Assembly (NCBI RefSeq): GCF_001598795.1
Contig: NZ_BCZP01000003.1
Span: 352,602 to 384,601 of the forward strand
Length of the DNA stretch: 32,000 nucleotides
DNA from: Delftia acidovorans NBRC 14950
GTDB lineage: Bacteria > Pseudomonadota > Gammaproteobacteria > Burkholderiales > Burkholderiaceae_C
Direction: 5' to 3'
In this document: positions 19,303 through 26,123 of the stretch, piece by piece
Numbering within the stretch: the stretch's first letter is position 1
Layout: each line of letters begins with the position of its first letter
The notes under the pieces: generated by a model
Databases searched by the model: none
What the model saw: the letters and a program-made list of their open reading frames with translations, nothing else
Told to the model about the DNA's origin: nothing
Translations under genes and position numbers: made by a program

Positions 19303-20178
19303 ATGAGCAAGGAAATCCAGATCACGTTTGGCGTGGACGTCGATGCCGTCGGCGGCTGGCTCGGTTCGTATGGCGGGGAGGACTCGCCCGACGACATCTC
19401 GCGCGGAATGTTCGCGGGCGAGGTCGGCTCGCTGCGGCTGCTCAAGCTGTTCCACAAATACGGCCTGAAGACCACCTGGTTCATTCCGGGCCACTCCGCC
19501 GAAACCTTTCCCGAGCAGATGAAGGCCGTGGTGGACGCGGGCCACGAAATCGGCATCCACGGCTACAGCCATGAGAACCCGATTGCCATGACGCCCGAGC
19601 AGGAAGAGGCCGTGCTGGACCGCAGCATCGAAGTCATCACGCGGCTGGCCGGCCGCGCGCCCACGGGCTACGTCGCTCCGTGGTGGGAATTCAGCCCGGT
19701 CACCAACGAGCTGCTGCTCAAGAAAGGCATCAAGTACGACCACAGCCTGATGCACAACGACTTCCACCCGTACTACGTGCGCGTGGGCGACCAGTGGACG
19801 CGCATCGACTACAGCAAGCATCCAGACACCTGGATGAAACCCCTTGTGCGCGGCAAGGAGACACGGCTGGTCGAGATCCCCGCCAACTGGTATCTGGACG
19901 ACCTGCCGCCCATGATGTTCATCAAGAAGTCGCCCAACAGCCACGGTTTCGTCAACCCGCGCGACATAGAGCAGATGTGGCGCGACCAGTTCGACTGGGT
20001 CTACCGCGAGCACGACTACGCGGTCTTCCCCATCACCATCCACCCCGATGTCTCCGGCCGCCCCCAGGTGCTGCTGATGCTGGAACGCCTGATCGAGCAT
20101 TTCCAGTCGCATGAGGGCGTGCGCTTCATGACGTGCGACCAGATCGCCGACGACTTCCTGCGCCGCCAGCCGCGTTGA
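19303..20178 (+). CDS. Polysaccharide-deacetylase-fold (CE4/PuuE-like) hydrolase, 291 aa; candidate cyclic amide/imide hydrolase
   Basis: [65 protein letters not shown] at 19291..19294. The start lies 1 nt after the amidase stop. Track ORF 19285 start rejected. Confidence 0.85.
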   Translation: MSKEIQITFGVDVDAVGGWLGSYGGEDSPDDISRGMFAGEVGSLRLLKLFHKYGLKTTWFIPGHSAETFPEQMKAVVDAGHEIGIHGYSHENPIAMTPEQEEAVLDRSIEVITRLAGRAPTGYVAPWWEFSPVTNELLLKKGIKYDHSLMHNDFHPYYVRVGDQWTRIDYSKHPDTWMKPLVRGKETRLVEIPANWYLDDLPPMMFIKKSPNSHGFVNPRDIEQMWRDQFDWVYREHDYAVFPITIHPDVSGRPQVLLMLERLIEHFQSHEGVRFMTCDQIADDFLRRQPR

Positions 20179-20206
20179 TGCCGCATCCCACCTCAGCGAG
20201 GACACC

Positions 20207-21652
20207 ATGAATACCTCCGCCATTGCCTCCGACGCCCCAGGCGCCGGCCATCCGGCCCCGGCCGGGATCGATGCCCCCTGGACCGCGCCCACCGTGACGC
20301 GCAGACAGGTCAGCTACGCCACCTGGGTCTGCTTTTTCGCCTGGGTGTTCGCCGTCTACGACTTCATCCTCTTCGGCACCCTGCTGCCGCAGCTGGGCGA
20401 GCACTTCCAGTGGAGCGCCGAGCAGCAGGCGCGCCTGAACACCTGGGTGACGCTGGGCACGGTGATCGTGGCCTTCGGCATCGGCCCCATCGCCGACCGG
20501 CTGGGCCGGCGCAAGGGCATCATCATCGCCGTGGCGGGCGCCGCGCTGTGCTCGGGACTGACAGCGCTGGCCGGCTGGGTGATCGGCCTGTCGGCGGGCC
20601 TGGGCTTCGTGCTGCTGATCGTGGTGCGCTCGCTGGCGGGCCTGGGCTATGCCGAGCAAAGCATCAACGCCACCTACCTGAGCGAGCTGTTCTCCCTGGT
20701 CTATACCGACCCGGCCTCGCTGCGGCGGCGTGGCTTCATCTACTCGCTGGTGCAGGGCGGCTGGCCCGTGGGCGCCGTGCTCACCGCCGTGCTGGTGGCC
20801 CTGCTGTATCCGCTGGGCGAGCGCTGGTTCGGCCAGGGCGGCGGCTGGGCGCTGTCCTTCGTGTTCGCCATGTTCCCGGCCCTGGTGATCGCCGTGCTGG
20901 GCCGCCGGCTGGTAGAGACGCCCCAGTTCCTGACCGCGCGGCGCGTGGCCGATCTGCGCCGCGCCGGGCGCGAGGCAGAGGCCATGCGCCTGGCTCAGGA
21001 GCATGGCGCCAGCCCACAGCAGGAGCAGCACACCGGCCTGTCGGCCATGTTCCGCGGTGCCTCGCTGCGGCCCACGCTGTCGCTGGCCCTGGGCTTTTTC
21101 CTGAACTGGTTCGCCATCGTGATCTTCGCGGTGCTGGGCACCTCGGTGCTGGGCGGCGCCGGCGGCACGCCGGGCAAGGGCGTGGATTTCTCCAGTGCGC
21201 TGCAGGTGCTCATCATCTCCAATCTCGCGGGCTTTCTGGGCTATGTCTTCCATGGCTGGCTCGGTGACCGCATAGGCCGGCGCAACGCCGTGGCCATCGG
21301 CTGGATGCTGGGTGGCCTGGCCTTCGCGCTCATGCTGAACGCGCCCTCGGGCGACTTCTGGCGCATCGTGCCGCTGTACTCGCTGGGGCTGTTCTTCCTG
21401 ATCGGCCCCTATGCAGCCGCCCTGTTCCTGATCGGCGAGAGCTTTCCCAGCCACATCCGTGCCACGGCCAGCTCCTTCGTCAACGCCATGGGCCAGGTGG
21501 GCGCCATCGCGGCAGGCTTTGGCGTGACCTGGACGCTTTCGCAGGGGGCGGACTGGGTGCAGGCGGCGCTGTACTGGGGCGCCATTCCCTGCGCGGCCTC
21601 GGGCCTGCTGATGTTTCTGGCGCCCCATGTCGATCCCGAGACCGTGAAGTGA
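20207..21652 (+). CDS. MFS transporter (metabolite:H+ symporter-like)
   Basis: GPIADRLGRRKG (MFS motif A), 12 predicted hydrophobic spans, second-half motif GWLGDRIGRRN. GAGGA RBS. Confidence 0.88.
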   Translation: MNTSAIASDAPGAGHPAPAGIDAPWTAPTVTRRQVSYATWVCFFAWVFAVYDFILFGTLLPQLGEHFQWSAEQQARLNTWVTLGTVIVAFGIGPIADRLGRRKGIIIAVAGAALCSGLTALAGWVIGLSAGLGFVLLIVVRSLAGLGYAEQSINATYLSELFSLVYTDPASLRRRGFIYSLVQGGWPVGAVLTAVLVALLYPLGERWFGQGGGWALSFVFAMFPALVIAVLGRRLVETPQFLTARRVADLRRAGREAEAMRLAQEHGASPQQEQHTGLSAMFRGASLRPTLSLALGFFLNWFAIVIFAVLGTSVLGGAGGTPGKGVDFSSALQVLIISNLAGFLGYVFHGWLGDRIGRRNAVAIGWMLGGLAFALMLNAPSGDFWRIVPLYSLGLFFLIGPYAAALFLIGESFPSHIRATASSFVNAMGQVGAIAAGFGVTWTLSQGADWVQAALYWGAIPCAASGLLMFLAPHVDPETVK

Positions 21653-21659
21653 GGCCGAC

Positions 21660-22436
21660 ATGAACCCGGACACCCCCAGCAACAAGGTGGCCCTCGTCAC
21701 GGGCGCCGCCAGCGGCATCGGCCAGGCGCTGGCCGTGGCCTATGCGCAGGCAGGCATTGCCGTGGCCGGCAGCTACTACCCCCGGGATCCGCACGATCCC
21801 GGCCAGACCCTGGAACTCGTCGAACGCGCGGGCGGGCGGTGCGTCATGGAGGCGGTCGATGTGGGCGATGCCGAACAGGTCGAGCACCTGGCCCGGGTCG
21901 CCGTGGACCGCTTCGGCCGGCTGGACTTCGCCGTCGCCAATGCGGGTTTGCTGCGCCAGGCGGCCCTGGTCGAGATGAGCGATGCGCAGTGGCTGGAGGT
22001 CATCAACATCGACCTGGGCGGCGTGATGCGCACCTTCCGGGCCAGTGCGCGCCACATGGCTGCAGGCGGGGCCATGGTGGCTGTCTCCTCCATTGCAGGC
22101 GGCGTCTACGGCTGGGAGCAGCATGCCCACTATGCGGCCGCCAAGGCAGGCGTGCCCGGGCTGTGTCGTTCCGTGGCCATGGAGCTGGCACCGCGCGGCA
22201 TACGCTGCAATGCCGTGATCCCCGGCCTGATCGAGACGCCGCAATCGCTGGACCCGGTCAACTCGCTGGGGCCGGATGGCCTGGCGCTGGCGGCCAGGGG
22301 CATCCCGCTGGGACGCGTGGGGCAGGCCCGCGAAATCGCCGCCCTGATCCGCTTCCTGACCAGCGACGAGGCTTCCTACATCACCGGCCAATCCATCATT
22401 GCCGACGGCGGCCTGACCGTGCGCTGGCCCAGTTGA
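21660..22436 (+). CDS. Short-chain dehydrogenase/reductase (SDR, FabG-like)
   Basis: VALVTGAASGIGQA (TGxxxGxG), NAG, SSIAG...YAAAKAG (YxxxK), PGLIETP. Confidence 0.9.
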   Translation: MNPDTPSNKVALVTGAASGIGQALAVAYAQAGIAVAGSYYPRDPHDPGQTLELVERAGGRCVMEAVDVGDAEQVEHLARVAVDRFGRLDFAVANAGLLRQAALVEMSDAQWLEVINIDLGGVMRTFRASARHMAAGGAMVAVSSIAGGVYGWEQHAHYAAAKAGVPGLCRSVAMELAPRGIRCNAVIPGLIETPQSLDPVNSLGPDGLALAARGIPLGRVGQAREIAALIRFLTSDEASYITGQSIIADGGLTVRWPS

Positions 22437-22447
22437 GGACATCCGAC

Positions 22448-23206
22448 ATGAACACCTCCAAGCCCCTGGACGGCCGCCGCGCCGTCGTGACAGGCGCCGG
22501 CAGCGGCATCGGCGAGGCCATCGCCCTGGCCTATGCGCAGGCCGGCGCGCAGCTGTTGCTGGCCGACATCGATGCCGCCCGCGCCGACAGCGTGGCCCGG
22601 CGCTGCCGCGCTCTGGGCGCGCAGGCCGAGACCGTCATCGGCGACGTGGGCGACGAGTCCACGGCCCACCGCATCGTCGACCGCTGCGTGCAGGCCTTTG
22701 GCGGCATCGACATCCTGGTGAACAACGCCGGCATGCTCACCCAGTCGCGCTGCGCCGACATGTCCACCGCGATGTGGGACGAGATGCTGCGCGTGGACCT
22801 GCGCAGCGTCTTCCTGTGCGCGCGGCGCGCGGTGCCGCACATGCAGTCGCAGCGCTGGGGCCGCATCATCAACATCGCCTCGCAGCTGGGCATCAAGGGC
22901 GGCGTGGAACTGAGCCACTATGCGGCGGCCAAGGCCGGCGTGATCGGCTTCACCAAGTCGCTGGCGCTGGAAGTGGCACCCGACAATGTCCTGGTCAACG
23001 CCATTGCCCCCGGCCCCATCGCCACGCCGCTGGTCGATGGCATCAGCGCGGACTGGAAGCGCGCCAAGGAGGCCAGCCTGCCGCTGGGCCGCTTCGGCCG
23101 CGCCGACGAGGTGGCGCCCACGGCGGTGCTGCTGGCCTCCGATCCCGGTGGCAATCTGTATGTGGGGCAGACGCTGGGGCCCAACTCCGGCGATGTCATG
23201 CCGTGA
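22448..23206 (+). CDS. Short-chain dehydrogenase/reductase (SDR), second copy
   Basis: Real start MNTSKPLDGRRAVVTGAGSGIGEA at 22448 (GAGGA RBS); the track ORF 21839.. is an out-of-context extension. NNAG, ASQLG...YAAAKAG, PGPIATP. Confidence 0.9.
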   Translation: MNTSKPLDGRRAVVTGAGSGIGEAIALAYAQAGAQLLLADIDAARADSVARRCRALGAQAETVIGDVGDESTAHRIVDRCVQAFGGIDILVNNAGMLTQSRCADMSTAMWDEMLRVDLRSVFLCARRAVPHMQSQRWGRIINIASQLGIKGGVELSHYAAAKAGVIGFTKSLALEVAPDNVLVNAIAPGPIATPLVDGISADWKRAKEASLPLGRFGRADEVAPTAVLLASDPGGNLYVGQTLGPNSGDVMP

Positions 23207-23238
23207 AAAGAAGCACCCCCTGAGTCGCTTCGCGCCTT

Positions 23239-23258
23239 CCCCCTCTCTTCGGAGGGGG
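23239..23258 (+). other. GC hairpin in the 182-nt spacer between SDR genes and the COG0523 module
   Basis: CCCCCTC-tcttcg-GAGGGGG (7-bp stem), with no following T-run. Could be a weak terminator or RNA-stability element. Confidence 0.35.
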
Positions 23259-23388
23259 GCGTACGGGCAGCCGGCGACACCCTCGGTGCGGGGCGGCGCG
23301 GCCGGCATAGGCCCTTCCTCGGTGTCTCTGCTCTTTGGCTGCGCCAGTTTCGCAGGCGGCTCCATTCGCAACCGAAAGGGTTTCTGTC

Positions 23389-23742
23389 ATGTGTGGAATG
23401 TGCGGTTTGCTGCAGGCCTCCGGCCACTGGAGCCAGGCGCCGGCCGGATCGGCCGGGCGCCGCCAGCGGCTGATTCAGATTGCGCGCGCCAACCGGCTGC
23501 TGGCGCTGTGGCGGCTGCGGCTCAGCGACTTCCATGGCCAGTCCTATGTGCTGGCCGGCCCCACGGGGGCCAGCGTGCTGATTGCCGATTTCGGCGCGCT
23601 GTGGCCCGCCGCCGAACAGATGCTGGGCCGAGCCCTGGATCCGCTGGCCATGCCGTGGCAGCCGGCGCAGGCACAAGGGCAGGCACAAGATCGGGCACAA
23701 GGGCGGGCACCAGCGCAGGAACACAGGGAGCAGGTGCCATGA
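23389..23742 (+). CDS. Small hypothetical protein (117 aa) with N-terminal MCGMCG (CxxC) and Gln/Ala-rich tail
   Basis: ATG at 23389 preceded by AAAGGG (8-nt spacing); the track's TTG at 23335 is less likely. The stop overlaps the start of the GTPase gene (ATGA at 23739..23742). No family recognised. Confidence 0.55.
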   Translation: MCGMCGLLQASGHWSQAPAGSAGRRQRLIQIARANRLLALWRLRLSDFHGQSYVLAGPTGASVLIADFGALWPAAEQMLGRALDPLAMPWQPAQAQGQAQDRAQGRAPAQEHREQVP

Positions 23743-24839
23743 GCGGCCTGACGGACCACCACGGCGAGCGGCTGCCCGTAGGCGTGCTCACGGGCTTTCT
23801 GGGCAGCGGCAAGACCACGCTGCTCAGGCAGTGGCTGCAGGACTCGCCCGCGGGCGAGACTGCGGTGCTCATCAACGAATTCGGGGCCGTGGGGCTGGAC
23901 CATCTGCTGGTGGGCCGCGTAGACGCCGACACGGTGCTGCTGGACAACGGCTGCGTCTGCTGCGCCATACGCGGCGAACTCAAGGACGCTTTGTGGCGCC
24001 TGCACCAGCGCCGCCTGCGCGGCGAGCTGCCGCCTTTTCAAAGGGTGCTGATGGAGACCACGGGGCTGGCCGCGCCCGGCCCCGTGATCGCCACCCTGAT
24101 CGGCGATGCGCAGCTGCGCCAGATCTTCAGGCCGGCCTTCATCTCCACCGTGGTCGATGCACTGCATGCCCCGTGGCAACAGTCCCGGCGCCCCGAATGG
24201 CTGGCCCAGGTCGCGGCGGCCGACCGGCTGTACCTGAGCAAGACCGACCTGGCCACGCCACAGCAGGCCCAGGCACAGCGCGCGCAACTGGCGCAGATCA
24301 ATCCCCTGGCCAGCATCGTCACCTGCGGCCCTGGCGCAGCGGTACCGCCTGCCTGGCAAATGCAGGAATCCCATGCCCTGCAAACCGATTGGCTGGCACG
24401 CGCCATTGCCGGCACGCCGCGCGGCCGCACGGGCCAGCGCCAGGGCCAGGGCCAGGGTCTGCACGCAGGCGCCCAGGCGTTCTGCCTGGAACTTGACAGC
24501 CCGGTGGACTGGTGCGTGCTCACCCTGTGGCTGACCATGCTGCTGCACCGCCATGGCGACCGGCTGCTGCGTCTGAAGGGACTGGTGGCCGTGGCCGCGG
24601 ATGGCTGGCCGCAGGGGCAGCCCACGGCGCTGCACGGCATGGGCCATCTCATGCACGCCCCCGAGCACTTGCCCGAGTGGCCGGGCGAGGACAGGCGCTC
24701 TCGCCTGGTCTTCATCACGGCCGGGCTCGATGAGCAGCAGGTCAGGGCCTCCTGGCAATCGTTCCAATCGTTCTACCGCCTCCACTCGCAGGACAATGGC
24801 AGCCAGACCCCGGCAAGCCCCTCACCCCACACTGCGTGA
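23739..24839 (+). CDS. COG0523 / CobW-type G3E-family GTPase (putative metallochaperone)
   Basis: VGVLTGFLGSGKTTLL (Walker A), NEFG, GCVCCAIRGEL (CxCC metal motif), METTGLA, LSKTDL, and a CobW_C-like C-terminus (RLKGLVAV...LHGMGHLMH...RLVFI). Track ORF 22986.. is an artefactual extension. Confidence 0.9.
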   Translation: MSGLTDHHGERLPVGVLTGFLGSGKTTLLRQWLQDSPAGETAVLINEFGAVGLDHLLVGRVDADTVLLDNGCVCCAIRGELKDALWRLHQRRLRGELPPFQRVLMETTGLAAPGPVIATLIGDAQLRQIFRPAFISTVVDALHAPWQQSRRPEWLAQVAAADRLYLSKTDLATPQQAQAQRAQLAQINPLASIVTCGPGAAVPPAWQMQESHALQTDWLARAIAGTPRGRTGQRQGQGQGLHAGAQAFCLELDSPVDWCVLTLWLTMLLHRHGDRLLRLKGLVAVAADGWPQGQPTALHGMGHLMHAPEHLPEWPGEDRRSRLVFITAGLDEQQVRASWQSFQSFYRLHSQDNGSQTPASPSPHTA

Positions 24840-24862
24840 ACCTCCACGGCAAGGACCGCAAC

Positions 24863-26053
24863 ATGCGCAAGAACGATCCCGAACTGCGTGTCCTCGGCAC
24901 CTCGGTGACGCTGACCGAAGCCCTGCGCCAGCGTGCGCAGCAGGACCTGGGCATACGCATCCATTTCGAGGTGCTGGACGGCTTCGACGCCCAGCGCCAG
25001 GCCGTGATGCGCCAGGACAGCTTCGACCTGTACGACCAGTGGTTCCACAGCGTGGATTTCCTGTGGCCCACCGGCACCCTGCAGCCCATCGACACGGCGC
25101 GCCTGACCTGTTGGGACGAGGTCAACGCCCTGCCCCGCACCGGCCGCATCACGCCACAGGCGGCCTTTGGCGCGGGCTGCAATCCTGTCACGCGCCTGTA
25201 TGTGCAGGCCGATGGCAGCGTCAGCGATGTGCCCAGCGCGCATATCTCCATGCTGCCGCTCACGCACAACGTCGACAGCTTTGTCTACCTGCCCGCCGCC
25301 CTGCCCGCGCTGTTCGACCAGGCCGAGGAAAGCTGGTCCTGGCTGGTCTCCCCCGCCTGCCGAGGGCGTGCTGCGCTGCAGGCCGATGCCGCCATCGGCG
25401 CGCTGGACGCGGCCCTTGCCCTGCAGGCCAGCGGCGACATGCGTTTCGGCGACATCAGCAACCTGGGGCTGGAGGAAATCGACCGGATGATGGCCGTGCT
25501 GCTGCAGCGGCAGGAGTCCGAGCAGTTCAGGGGCTTCTGGGGCAACTACGCCGATGCGGCACGGCTGATGATCGATGCAGGCGTTGCCATCCAGAGCCAC
25601 TGGTCGCCGGCCATGGGCCACTACCGCGCGGCGGGACTGGACTACCGCCTGGCCTGTCCGCGCGAAGGCTACCGCGCCTGGTACGGCGGTCTGGGCATCT
25701 CCAGCCAGGCCAGGGGCGACACGCTGGACGCCGCCTACCGCTACCTGAACTGGTGGCAATCCGGCTGGCCCGGTGCCGCGATGGCGCGGCAGGGCTACTA
25801 CATCTCCAACCCGCTGCGCACGCGCGAGCACCTGAGCGCCAGCGAATGGGACTACTGGTACGCCGGCCTGCCCGCCGCCGAAGACCTGCAGGGCACCGAC
25901 GGCCAGCTCGTGGTCCCGCGCGGCAGCGTGCGCGACGGCGGCTCCTACGAGCAGCGCCTGGGCCGCATCGCCGTCTGGAACACCGTCATGGACGAGCACA
26001 ACTACCTGGTGCGCCAGTGGGCCACGCTGCTGCGCCGTGCGCGCGCCGTATAG
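24863..26053 (+). CDS. PotD/PotF-like type-II periplasmic-binding-protein-fold protein lacking any signal peptide (predicted cytoplasmic, orphan)
   Basis: LRVLGTSVTLTEAL...IRIHFEVLDGFDAQRQAVMRQDSFDLYDQWFHSV...LQPID and AYRYLNWWQSGWPGAAMARQGYYISNP align by eye with polyamine-type SBPs. AAGGA RBS 7 nt before the ATG at 24863. The ORF opens at GTG 24836, immediately after an in-frame stop, so no leader peptide is possible. Confidence 0.8.
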   Translation: MRKNDPELRVLGTSVTLTEALRQRAQQDLGIRIHFEVLDGFDAQRQAVMRQDSFDLYDQWFHSVDFLWPTGTLQPIDTARLTCWDEVNALPRTGRITPQAAFGAGCNPVTRLYVQADGSVSDVPSAHISMLPLTHNVDSFVYLPAALPALFDQAEESWSWLVSPACRGRAALQADAAIGALDAALALQASGDMRFGDISNLGLEEIDRMMAVLLQRQESEQFRGFWGNYADAARLMIDAGVAIQSHWSPAMGHYRAAGLDYRLACPREGYRAWYGGLGISSQARGDTLDAAYRYLNWWQSGWPGAAMARQGYYISNPLRTREHLSASEWDYWYAGLPAAEDLQGTDGQLVVPRGSVRDGGSYEQRLGRIAVWNTVMDEHNYLVRQWATLLRRARAV

Positions 26054-26085
26054 TCCTGCCCGATGACGGCCCCCGCTGGCGGCGG

Positions 26086-26111
26086 CACACGCACACGCAC
26101 ACGCACACGCA
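26086..26111. repeat. Hexanucleotide microsatellite (CACACG) x4.3 in the intergenic region upstream of the GntR gene
   Basis: Read directly: cacacg cacacg cacacg cacacg ca. Ends 12 nt before the ATG at 26124. Confidence 0.9.
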
Positions 26112-26123
26112 GATGAAGCAGGA

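Noticed and set aside
23207-23388. Zur box or riboswitch controlling the COG0523 gene
   Set aside because: I could not find an AT-rich Zur-type palindrome or any riboswitch core I recognise by eye. Only a GC hairpin is present. A matrix or covariance scan is still needed to be sure.
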